A stretch of 64,000 bases of DNA from an uncultured Planctomycetota bacterium (GTDB taxonomy: Bacteria > Planctomycetota > PLA2 > JAEUHO01), in NCBI GenBank assembly GCA_963752285.1, contig CAVVXN010000005.1, positions 1,056,001-1,120,000 on the forward strand. Reading direction: 5' to 3'. The position numbers and the translations under genes are program-made. Positions 28,376 to 39,091 of the stretch are shown here, one piece after another (position 1 is the first letter of the stretch; the number at the start of each line of letters is the position of its first letter). A model generated the notes under the pieces. That model was not told where the DNA came from, ran no database searches, and saw nothing but the letters and a program-made list of their open reading frames with translations.

Positions 28376-31300
28376 ATGGGTACGAGCAGGGAGTTCCGGG
28401 AGTTGCTGGCCGCCGACGCGGCGCTCATGTTGGGCGTAGCCGAAGCGCACGACGTGGCCGCGGCCCTGCAGCGGTACTGGGCCAAACGCGAGGGGACGGA
28501 CGCATCGCTCCTCGCTGAGCTGGCACACATCGCGCGACTGGCGCCCGATGCCTTGGAGCGTGTACGGGCCGAGGTCGAGCGCCTGCTCGGCGAAGCAGGC
28601 GGCGACGCGAAGGCCGCGCTCACCCGCCACGGAGGCCTGGACCGCTCGATCCATGTCGCGCTCGGGAATGATGGCGGAAACCTGACGCGGGCGCTCTCCG
28701 TCCTCGGGGTCCCGATCCGCGCCCCGCTGCGCTCCCTGTCTGATGACCGCTACGTCGGCTTCGAGGCCGCCGGCATCGGGGGGATGGGGGTCGTCTACGC
28801 GGCCATCGACACCGAGATGAACCGGCGCGTGGCCTTCAAGATGGTTCGGCCCCACGCCGAGCGGGGGCGGGAGGAGGAGACCCCCTCCCACCCGCTGGAG
28901 GCGACCAAGCCCGAGAAGGACGCCCGAGTCGGAGGTGTTCGAGCAGCTCAAGGCCCGGCTGGTGCAGGAGGCGTGGGTCACGGGGGGTCTCGAGCACCCG
29001 GGCATCGTGCCGGTCTACGAAATTGGCCAGACCCCGACCGGTATCCCCTACTACACGATGCGCTACGTCCGCGGGGAGCGGACGCTTGCGGACGCTATCC
29101 GCGAGAAGCGTGGTGAGACCTTCGAGCAACGCCTTGATCTGCTGGAGGCCTTCCTCAAGGTCTGCGACACGCTGCGCTACGCCCACGACAAGGGGGTGGT
29201 TCACCGCGACTTGAAGCCCGCCAACGTGGCGCTGGGGAACTACGGCGAAGTGGTGCTGCTCGACTGGGGCCTCGCGCGGCTGGGGGGAAATGAGGACGTG
29301 GCCTCCTCGGCGTGGCAGCAGCAGGTCGAGGTGATGCGTCACGATGCAGGCTTCCACACCATGGAGGGAGGCGTAATCGGCACGGCGGGCTACATGGCGC
29401 CCGAGGCTGCCCTGGGCAGGCTGGCGGAGGTGGACGAGCGCAGCGACGTGTTCAGCCTTGGGGTCATGCTCTTCGAAATCCTGACTGGCCGGCTCCCCTT
29501 TCACTTCCACTCGTACGCAGAGTACGCGTCTCAGTTGCAGCAGGAGACGCCGCCCGCAGCCACTGAGGTAGAGTCCTCCGTTCCTCGCGCCCTATCAGAG
29601 CTGTGTGCCCGGGCCCTCTCTCGTGCCAAGAGCCGGCGACCAAATTCCGCCGACGCCGTGGCGCGGGCAGTGCGGGCTGGGCAAACGGAACGAGCCATGG
29701 ATCAGGAAGCCCGGGCCCTCGTTGAGCGTCTCTCGACCGCGCTGGGCTCGGCACATCGACTGTCGGGAGACCACCTGGTCGAGCCGTTGGACATTGCAGG
29801 TGCAGCACTTCAGCGTTTGAAGGAGATCGGAAGGGTAGATTCTGCGGTCGACGACCTCGAAACTCGGCTCCTGGAGGAGCGTGCGCGGCGGGCGCGCGAG
29901 ATCGAGCACCACGCACGCCGCCGAACGGCACGGCGACTGGTGAGCTGGGCCACATTCCTTCTCGCATTGGGCGCGGTGATCGCGGCCGTCCTGGTCGGGC
30001 GAGAGCGGAATGCAGCGACTGAGGCCGCTGCCGAGGCGCAGCGCCAACAAGGGATTGCAGAGTGCGCCTCCATGCGCGCACAAGCGCAACTGCTTGCCAA
30101 GGAAGCAGGCGCTGCACTGGTCGATAGTCCGCAACGCGGCACGCTGCTGGCGGCGGAGGCAGCGCGTGCGACGAGGGAACGGTACGGATTCGTGACCCCG
30201 GCAGCCTACGAGCAACTCCACATGGCGCTGGCCTCATACGGCGGTCTGAACCTCCTCCCCGGACAAGGTGATGTCACGGCGATCGCGCTCGCTTCGGATG
30301 GAGATACGGCGGCGCTGGGACTGTACTCCGGGCGCGTGGTGATCCTGCGGATGAAGGATGTACTCGCCGGCTTCGAGCCAACGTTCGTCGGGGCCCTCCC
30401 GTTCCCAGTACGCGCACTGCGCTTCGGCCCGCCCCGATCTCCTCTGGGCCGAGGATGCCAAGGGCACGGGCGTGCTGTGGCGCAGACCCAAGATGCGGCA
30501 TGGAGCGCCTGTTGGCACCCCAACAAGCCCGTGCGCGGCCTCGGCCTGTATGCGGATGGCGGTGGAGCGCTGCTTGCAGAGCAGGAGGGTGAACTCGTAG
30601 TCGTCCGTGCCCTACGTCGCGGTGAACCACATGTGTGCGACTCCTAGGCCGTACGTCCTCACTCCAACTCGCGGCGCTGATTTCCGCGGACCCCAACTGG
30701 GTCGTCGGACGCGGCAAGGACGGCAGCCTGACATTCTGGCGTGTGGACGATAGCGCCGCCGATACCGCTGCGCCGACTCTCGAGCTCGCGGCTTCTGGGC
30801 GACTGCTGGAGCCCGTCGCAGACGGAACGATGCTAGTCGCCGAGACGAGCCCGACAACACTCCAGGTGTTCGAACTATCAGGATCCTCGCCCAGAGCAGT
30901 CGACACGGTGGATATCAGCGCGGCGGGCAAACACGCCGTGACCGGTACAGTCGATGGCTTCTGGCTGATGACCCACACTGGGAAGGAGATTCGACGCAAG
31001 CTGTATCGGCTTGCCCGAGGGGGCTGGATCCCTCTCGATGTATCCGCTGTCGATGTGGGTTCCGGCAACGCGATCATGGAGCCCGCCTCCGGTGCGTATG
31101 TGGTGATTGGTGAGCGTGGAGCGCTCCTGTGCGGCCATGTGGATGCAAACCGGCGGCAACCTACGGTGCTTGCGCCGCGGCCCCTCCTCCCGCGGTCCAT
31201 TCGCTTCGCCAGGGAGCACCACCTGTTCCTGGCTGCACTCACAGATGGACCACTTGGGGCGTGGGATCTCGAGGCGCCACCGACGGCAGCCGAGCCCTTG

Positions 31301-33421
31301 CCTGGCGCCAGGGAGGTCTTCCTATGGCGAGGTCACGAGGACTACATCATGGACCTGGCGTTCGATGAGGGGACCGGCTGGGTACTGACGCTCAGCCGAG
31401 ACGGTTCTGCTCGCGCCTCGCGCCTGCCCGCGCCGAGACGGCAGGTCGGACTTGAGGCGTGGTCAACCGCGGACGGCGAGGGGAACTATGTGTACTGCAG
31501 CCCCAGCGGTCAGTGGCTCATCAACGGGGGCTATCGTTCGTACACGCTGTGGCGTGTGAGTCGCGAACGCCCTCGGCTCACTCACGTGCTTCATAGAGAG
31601 AGAAGGGCACGAGCTGACATCCCCCAGTTCAGTCCTGACGAGCGATGGCTGCTGGAGTGCCCTTGGAGCGGGCCTGCCGCCCTCCTCAGACTCGGCGACA
31701 CATCGGCGGAAGGTACTACGGAAACGGAGATTGAGGGCGATGTCTCCCTCCTCCAGCGACTCGGGAGTGCAGACGAGGTGGCATTCGCCGGCTTCAGTCC
31801 GGATGGGCACTGGCTGGCAATCCCCAACAACGGCGGCGTCGATCTATGGAGTCTCGCGGCGGGCGGGAATCCCACGCGGCGAACCCGCGTGCCGGGCAGC
31901 GGTCAATCTGTCTTGGGCATCTTCTGGCCTGCAGCAAGCGAGTTCGTGGTGATTGGAGAGCACGAACTCGTCACAGTCGAGATCAGCCCGCAGGAGACTG
32001 CCCGTGTCGCGCGGCGGGTGCCCGCCCCCACCGACTGGCGCCTGCTTGGGGCCACGCCCTCGGGCATCGGGGCGGGCCTTCTGGTCGGCGCGATGACCGA
32101 GCAGGGAATGGCGGTATTGAGATACAGCCACGGGAAGGAGCCGAGCAGGGCGTGGGAGGAGCCGTGGATGCAGTCTGCTTCTGGTAGCGTTGGCGGAACC
32201 CTCTCTACGCGCGGGTGGCTGCTTGCCCAGGTCCCGGAAGGCATGCGCCTGTACAGGGAGCCTCTTCTTTCCTCGAAGGACGACTCACTTGCGCTTCCAG
32301 GGGAGGGCCCCGGGTATGGGCCACCTATGTTCGAGTGGGAGGGTCGCTGGCTGGCGACCTACAGGGTGTCAACGGGCTCGCAAGTCGCTCGCATCTGTTT
32401 CCGGTGGCTACCCACGCAAGGCCTTCCCGGTGAACCCGTCGAGTTGCTCGAAGCCTCACCGCTCGCGGTCGTTCGTGGAAGCGCCGTGGCGGGCAGCATC
32501 GCCGTAGTGCGCGCCGCGAGTGAACTTCACGCGTGGAACCTACTCCTCGATGCGCGTGATCGGAGACCAGCGGTCATCGCTATCGACCTGCAAGACGTCG
32601 GATCGGATACCGTCGCCAATGGATCGGATCTCGCTTTCACGCTCTCACGCGATGGCCTGCTCCGATGCCATCCTCTGGCCATTGACGATCTCCTTTCGGA
32701 CTGTCGAGAGCTCTGCGGTCGCAACCTCAACGAAGTGGAGTGGGGATTGGCGTTTGGCAGCACATCCTATCGGGCGACCTTCCCTATGTTGTCGAGCGCG
32801 CCACCGAACGCGCGTGGTCCCGCCGGACCCCGGACGCTCATCTCGCAACGCTGGAACTCAAATGAGGCAGCTATCGTCGCTACCCTGCGGAACCTGTTGT
32901 CTGCGCAGGCGCAGCTGGCTTCTTCGGCACTTTGCGATGTGGACGGAGACGGTGTCGGCGAGTACGGCGGCTTCCTTGAGCTCTCAGGTGGCACGGCAGG
33001 ACGGCTGGCGCATCCCCTAAACCCGCCCGTTCTCTCCGGTGCATTTCAGCACCTAGAGGCTCCCGGTGTGATTCTGAGAAACGGATACTGTTTCCAACTC
33101 TTCCTGCCTGGCAGGGATGGCCACGGAGTGGCCGAACCTGAGGGCGGCTTCTCGCGGGTATCGGCACTCGATGCGGACCTCTGCGAGACGACATGGTGCG
33201 CGTACGCATGGCCAGAGAATTACGGCTTCACGGGGACGCGCGCATTCTTCGTGAATCAGTCGGGAGACATCCTCTCCACTGACGACGGTCAATACAGCGG
33301 CCGTGACGCGCCACCGCCTGCCGACGCCGCCTTTGGCCAAGCCGGGGCCGGCCGGATCACGGGGATTCACGCGGCCGGATCCTATGGTTGCGACGGGAAC
33401 TACTGGCGCCCGGAGAGGTGA
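28376..33421 (+). pseudogene. large Ser/Thr kinase - TM - WD40-like propeller - pilin-head-like protein, split by frameshifts (decay or sequencing error)
   Basis: GIGGMGVVY and VAFK in ORF 28376; HRDLKPAN, DWGLA, GTAGYMAPE, DVFSLG and a TM helix in ORF 28935; GH...D...SRDG and FSPDG-WL repeats plus NEAAIVATLRNLLSAQAQ...DVDGDGVGEYG...AYAWP...FFVNQSG in ORF 30635. Confidence 0.8.
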
Positions 33422-33800
33422 GCCATGTGTGCGGCACTGGGCGCTTCACATGCGGGCCCTCGCGTTCCTTGCGGGGGGCTGGCTAGCTTGCCTCTGAAGG
33501 TCCCCCCGTGTCCTGCAGTTGCGACGGCCTCTGCTCATTGTCCCCGGCCCACCGAAGGATCGCGTCCGGGAGGTGATTCGGGCCCCCATTCGCGACTGGC
33601 TGTTTACCAACAGGGCCCTCTCCCCGGGACCGAGAGTTCGAGAGGGTGGCGTAGAGTCCGTGCGTTCAACGCCGGGGCGGGCCGTCGTCGCGCCACGACG
33701 CGCACATCCCGTGAGCCCCGAAGTTCTGGCCCCTGCGGGCGCCGCTCCGGCGCGGCCCCCTCGCGATGCTCTCCGGCCTCTCGCCGGCCATACGGCGAAG

Positions 33801-33852
33801 GTGGCTCCCCGAGCAGGGCTCGAACCTGCGACCTACGGAGTTAACAGTCCGC
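33801..33852 (-). repeat. att direct repeat: copy of the 3' part of tRNA-Asn
   Basis: GTGGCTCCCCGAGCAGGGCTCGAACCTGCGACCTACGGA(G)TTAACAGTCCGC equals 43626-43676 except for one extra G. Confidence 0.95.
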
Positions 33853-35120
33853 AGGGAAACCGCAATTTCCTAGCCTTCCCGTCGGGCGGGATTTGCCCCC
33901 CGGCGTGACTTTTTTCGCACGAATTCGTGCTCGTCGCGCCAGCCCGCGGAAGAAGCGGCCTCACGAGTCCCCCAGGCGAGGGCGAGCAAGCCCCAGCCCG
34001 CCCGCGGATCCGCGGTTCGAACGAAACGGCCACCACTGGCCAGCGAGGCCACTGGGCAAGCGGACCGGCCTGTCGCTCCGCGCCGATCCCATAGATTCGC
34101 AGCCAAGCCGACCATACCCAAGGGAGCCAGCCGGCCGCCCACAGCGCAAGCACGGATAGCCCCGCGAGGGACGCCCCGCGACGCCCGCAACGATGTTTGG
34201 TCCCCGCTCGACCATCTTGCTGTCCTCGCGCTCGACCCTCGCTAGACCCACGCTAGGCTGGGCTCCGGAAGGATGCCAGCCTCCCCACCCGGCGGGTCCC
34301 CTGCTCGTCCCGGGGCGCGGGAGCAGGCCATGAACGCCCCTTCCGGGGCTCGACGCGCCCGGAGGACCCGAGAGTCGTCCCGCCCCTCGAAAGCCCCTGG
34401 ACGGCCTACCCCTGCACGCGCACGGAGGCGCCGGGCAGCGGCGGTCGATGGGACTCCGACGGTGGAGCGGTCCATGCACCCCCGGGCCGCACGCCGCGGT
34501 AGGCACTTCTATTGGCTGGACCACGGCGACGGTTGCCGCCATCTTGAACCATGTCAACTTCAAGAGGCCGGGTGGTAAGTCAGAGGCGGTCGAGCATCAG
34601 GGGCTTCCTGTTCGGGGCGTCTTCTGCGGCGTCATGGCCTGCCTTCCCGCTGTCCTGAGTGCCCTCGTCCTCGAAAGCATCGACTCGATTCCGGTCCAAG
34701 GATACAGGGGGTACATCGTCGGCTTCATCGCTGGCGCATCCCTCTGGGGGGGCTGTACAAGGCATGGCAAGCTCGGACCGGGGGCGAGTCCACCACGTAG
34801 TCCTCCCACCACCCGGCGTCCGCCGGAGTCGGAATGGGGCCCACGACGCATCGTTGGCGGCGGACAGGCTTCCCCGTGTCGGGCACGCCGGTTCCGCGGC
34901 GTGGACGGCTCGGCACCCTCGGAGGGCCCTGTACCCCACCCTCCCGTCTCCGGGCAGCGAGGAGGCCCGCCCACGCACGAAGCCCCGGGCCGACAGCACT
35001 CGGGGCGTCGAAGCGCGCGACGGCTCCGTCCTTCCATGGGGCCTTCCCGGGACTTCCGGCGCGATCGGGCAAGCGGTCGGGGACCTCCCCCAGCGGGCAT
35101 CACACATCGGGTCCGCCCTA

Positions 35121-35622
35121 CTACTTCTCACGCCGCGGCGCACGACTCTTTGCCGCCGGCTTGCCAGGACGAACGACGAGCGCCGGGATGGCGTACGGTG
35201 GATACCCCATACGCCCTGACACGCTCCAGACCAACTCGCGCAGAAAGGGCCATGCCGTGTACAGGCCATTCAGGAGTAGGAACTCCCTCACGTCCGTCTC
35301 GGGTATCTCGACCTCGGTCGGTCGGGTGTACGAGACCCTGAACTGCGCTCGGACAGTAAACAAGCGTCGGTCGGGGCTACCCCCGCCTGCCGACACGGCG
35401 AGTGTCACAAGGGCGGACGCGGATCCGGTCCTCCATATCTCCGGCACGACGCGGTCTCGCGTGGTGATGCGGAAGTCATCGCCCTGGGCCTCGCCGGGGC
35501 GTCGGAATTGGCGACATCCGAGGCTGACGAGTTCGATTTCGCTGAGTCGTCATCGCGGGGGCCACGCGACCGGCCGCCGCAAGTCTCTTGGGAGGTACGA
35601 GTCGGAGCATTGGTCTAGTCAC
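35121..35622 (-). CDS. SecB-like chaperone of a TAC system (one frameshift near 35548)
   Basis: ...AAAGRVAPAM/RLSEIELVS...LFTVRAQFRVSY...EFLLLNGLYTAWPFLRELVWSVSGRMGYPPYAIPAL; fits the SecB C-terminal (F/W)P(F/Y)LRE...RxGxPP pattern. Confidence 0.75.
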
Positions 35623-36020
35623 GGGCTACAAGTTCGTATTCCAGACGGGGGGTGGGAGGTACGGCCCCCCGGACAGGGCCGTACTCCTCGGTGACCACCG
35701 CCCCGCACATCGTCTCCTCCCCCGGCCGGACCGGAGTCGCTGGAGAACGCGTACGGCTGAGCCGTGGTCATGATGGCCTGCGGCTGGAGCGCCCAGCGGA
35801 AGCCGCAACCGAGACCGAAGAAGCGCGATCGTCTTCAGCGTCATGTTCGCCGAGCCGTGGAGAATCTGGCTCACACGAGCCTCGCTGAGTCCGACACGAC
35901 GCGCAGAGAGGCCTGCGTGACCTCGTTCGCATCCATGGCCGTGAAGACCCACCCGGCCGCCGTGGCGGCCAAGCGCTCCCTCTCGGCGAGGACATCGTAC
36001 GGGTCGACGCGCTGAGTCAT
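35619..36020 (-). CDS. Cro/C1-type HTH antitoxin (HigA-like) with C-terminal extension (frameshifted)
   Basis: AGGAAGGAG RBS then ATG 36020: MTQRVDPYDVLAERERL...AMDANEVTQASL/ARRVGLSEARVSQILHGSANMTLKTIALL. Confidence 0.75.
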
Positions 36021-36063
36021 GCGTTGAGTCTCCTTCCTGAGTTTAGTGTCGTCGCCCTTCTTC

Positions 36064-36516
36064 TCATGAACGGTGGAGGGTACTTACGTACTCTTGGGCA
36101 ACCTCGCGCGCCTGGGCCTTGTCCCTTCCAGGCGTTTCGTCCTGAGGCGGCTTGTCGAAGGCGTGCGCGAGCAGCATCGTATTCTGACTGGAAGAGTCGT
36201 CGCCGACTCGGGTAGGGATGCGACAGCGGAAGCCGAGCACCCGTCGGCCCATGTTTGCGCCCACCCGGTACTCGCACATTCCGTCGATCGCGTCGTTGCC
36301 CTTGAAGGGCTTGAACTGCTCGCGGGTAAGTGTCCCTTCGCCGTCAACGGCGGTCTTTACCAGCAGACCGAGGAGCCTCCGTTGCTCTCGGATGGGCCAA
36401 GTCTTGATGGTCTGAAGGGCGGGCATGGTTCCGTCGCGGAGCTTGGCGAAAACGACACGTCGGCCTCGGGGCCCTTGCCCCTCGAAGGCTACGGGAGTTC
36501 GGGCCCAGAGGTTCAC
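36064..36516 (-). CDS. RelE/HigB-like (phage Gp49-like) toxin
   Basis: VVFAKLRDGTMPA...EQFKPFKG...GMCEYRVG...RRVLGFR...LLAHAFDKPPQDETP; toxin-first order ahead of an HTH gene. Confidence 0.7.
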   Translation of the reverse strand: MNLWARTPVAFEGQGPRGRRVVFAKLRDGTMPALQTIKTWPIREQRRLLGLLVKTAVDGEGTLTREQFKPFKGNDAIDGMCEYRVGANMGRRVLGFRCRIPTRVGDDSSSQNTMLLAHAFDKPPQDETPGRDKAQAREVAQEYVSTLHRS

Positions 36517-36822
36517 GTAAACCTTAACCTACCCGGGAAGCCTCGCTACCCAAAGCGCTCAGCCTCCACCTGCCCAAGCCTAACTTCAGCCCCCCCGGCC
36601 CCATGGTCCCAGCCTCCTGGGCCGGGCCCGTCTGTGGCGCCCCTAGGGCCGCAGGTGCCCCCCTACCGGAGTCCTCACGGGCGCCCCCCCGTGGACCTCG
36701 TCCCCTGGGGGTAGGCTCCCTCGCCCGTTCCCGGCCTCGCTGGCGTCGGGGTTGGTCGAGGGCCCAGGACGAAGCGGTCGATGCCAGGGCGGGCGACTCG
36801 GACGTGGAAGGCGCGCCGTACG

Positions 36823-37350
36823 ATGCCCCGCATGGGCACGATCCCTGAGGCAGCGCCGTGGAATAGTCGGGGCGTGGCACGCCACGGCCCGGAGGAGGCG
36901 ATCCGGCGCGTGATCGAGGGGATCACCAACGGCCAATCCCTGCGAACCATCTGCCAAGATCGGAGGATGCCATCCGCATCGACCATCTTCGAGTGGTTGG
37001 CATCGGACGAACGCCTGTCGGATCAGTACGCGCGCGCGAGGGAGTCGTCGGGTCTGCTCGTGGGCGAGGAGATCGAGGAGATAGCCCGGCAGGTGCTCCG
37101 CGGAGAGATCGACGCGAATGCCGCCCGGGTCGCCCTCGACGCCCTCAAGTGGACGGCCGCAAGGAAGGCGCCGCGGGTCTACGGGGAGAGCCTGAAGCTC
37201 ACGGGTCAGGTCGAGGTCGGCGCCCTCGTGGCCTTCGTGGACATGAACCGCGCCGACGACGAGGACGCCGCGACGGGCACGCTCACGACCCCTCACACCC
37301 TCCCGCCCGAGGGGTCGCCGGCCGCCGAGGCGTTGCCCGAGACCGCGTAG
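36823..37350 (+). CDS. terminase small subunit-like protein (Sf6 gp1-like)
   Basis: IEGITNGQSLRTICQDRRMPSASTIFEWL...QYARARE...ARVALDALKWTAARKAPRVYG. Confidence 0.8.
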   Translation: MPRMGTIPEAAPWNSRGVARHGPEEAIRRVIEGITNGQSLRTICQDRRMPSASTIFEWLASDERLSDQYARARESSGLLVGEEIEEIARQVLRGEIDANAARVALDALKWTAARKAPRVYGESLKLTGQVEVGALVAFVDMNRADDEDAATGTLTTPHTLPPEGSPAAEALPETA

Positions 37351-37776
37351 CTCCGGGGCCGTCCGTGAGCGCTCGCTCACGCGCGGGCGCTCCGGGTCGT
37401 ACGGGCTCGGTCCTCGGTGTCGAGGCGGACGAGAACGTCGTCCTCGAGCCACGCGGGCCGGCGGGTGAGGAGGCGCCGGGACGTGCGCGGGCCGAACCTG
37501 GCTTCGAGCGCGGCGAGCCGGCCTCCGGGTTCGTCCCGCACCTCACGTCCCTGACAAGCTCGGCCGTCTCGAACCGCATGACGTAGATCGGACAGTCCGT
37601 CGTGGTCCGGGAGAGGAGTGTGTCCACGCGGAGGAGCGTACCCCGGGGCCCGTACGATCGGGACCCGACGGGCCCCCGCTCGGGACTGATCCCCCGGGCG
37701 CGAGCCGACCCCGCACCGTCCACGGCCGGGGCCCGCCACCTTTCGTCGCGTGGCGGTGCGGAGAGGACGGTGCGAC

Positions 37777-38552
37777 ATGGCGACGACGAAGGACAAGCGC
37801 GAGCGCGCGCGCGAGACGAAGGACGACTCGCCGCCGTCGGGATGGCCCGCGGCGTGGTGCGAGCGGGCGCCCGCTTCGCCCTCGTCGGCCGAGTGGGAGG
37901 CCGCCTGCGCCGCTTGGGCCAAGCGCGCCGGGCTTCCGCCCGACGAGCCCGCGGGGGGCGTGGAGTGGGCTCGGACGAACCTCCGCCGGCTTATCGACCT
38001 GGAGAGGACCGCGACTCGGATGCGCTCCGAGGCGATACGTCGGGGGCGCTTCTCCGAGCTGAGCGACGCCGCGCACCCCTGGCGCGACGTCATGCGCGAG
38101 GCGGCGATGCAACGTCACGTCCTCGCGGATGCCGCGGCCGAGCTGGCGGAGGAGCTGGACGACCAAGACCGCGCTCCGATCCGCCTCCTCGGCCAATGTC
38201 TGAGCGAATTCCCCTACGTAGGCGACGGGTCGGTCGCCGACGTGCTTCCCCCGACTTCGACGCGCGCCTCGCCGCCGTGCGGGACCGGCTGGCTCCTCCG
38301 CCCGATGCCGCCGCGGGTCCGCCCGAGCCGGACGCGACTCGCCGCCTCGGGCCGAAGTCGCGCCTGGCGCTGACGACGAGAGAGGCCGAGGTGCTGGACC
38401 ACGTATGTCGGTGGATGGCCGAACACAACGACGTGCCGCCGACCTACGACAACCCCCCCGACAACATGGCCCGGAAGACCTACTCGACCGCGCTGAAGGG
38501 ATTGGAGAACAAGCGGCGCATCCGACGCAGAAGCGGGGCTCAGGGCGGGTGA
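37777..38552 (+). CDS. hypothetical protein with C-terminal LexA-like winged-helix (frameshift near 38250)
   Basis: GAGGA RBS; ORF 37750 frame joins the 37602 frame, giving ...LTTREAEVLDHVCRWMAEHNDVPPT...STALKGLENKRRIRR. Confidence 0.5.
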
Positions 38553-38574
38553 TCGTCGAGGTAGCGCCGCTCGG

Positions 38575-38609
38575 GGACTGACTCGTGGACTGACTCGTGG
38601 ACTGACTCG
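38575..38609 (+). repeat. 12-bp tandem repeat GGACTGACTCGT x3 (operator- or iteron-like)
   Basis: Copies at 38575, 38587 and 38599; intergenic, upstream of the HTH-helicase gene run. Confidence 0.85.
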
Positions 38610-38648
38610 CTACTGCGGTGGAGGCCGGCGCGCGCGATCCTCGCGTGC

Positions 38649-38852
38649 ATGAGCACTCCCACCCTCCTCTCGACCCGCGAGGCTCGGCGAGTCCTCGGGC
38701 TGCCGCGCGACTCGGACGCGCTCGCGATCCTCCGCGCCCACGGGATCCCGCACGTCACGGCCCGCGGCGCCCACCTGTGGGACCGCGCCGCCGTCGAGGC
38801 GCTCGCCCGTGACCTCGCCGACCGCCGCGCCGATGCGGAGACGCGGCCGTGA
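38649..38852 (+). CDS. small HTH DNA-binding protein (AlpA/excisionase-like)
   Basis: LLSTREARRVLGL...GIPHVTARGAHLWDRAAVEAL. Confidence 0.65.
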   Translation: MSTPTLLSTREARRVLGLPRDSDALAILRAHGIPHVTARGAHLWDRAAVEALARDLADRRADAETRP

Positions 38853-39091
38853 GTCGCCCCCGCTTCCGCGAGCCGCTCTCCCCTGCCGCTCAAGAGCGCC
38901 TCGACAAGTTCTCCTCGTTCGTCGCGCGGCTCCGCGACCTTGCCTCGAAGGGGCCCGGTGTCGCCGCGGCCGACGAAGCTCGCGCGCTCCTCGCGGCGCT
39001 CGCCGCTGTCGTAGACGTTGCCTGCCGCGACGCCCGCGACGCTCGCCGGCTGAACGTCGCGACGCGGCCCGACCGCGAGGGGCGGCCGTGA
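38849..39091 (+). CDS. hypothetical protein
   Basis: 80 aa; GTGA overlaps with both neighbours. Confidence 0.55.
   Translation: MSRPRFREPLSPAAQERLDKFSSFVARLRDLASKGPGVAAADEARALLAALAAVVDVACRDARDARRLNVATRPDREGRP

Noticed and set aside
33801..33852. Second tRNA gene
   Set aside because: Only the anticodon arm to CCA is present; there is no 5' acceptor strand or D arm, so it is the att duplication.
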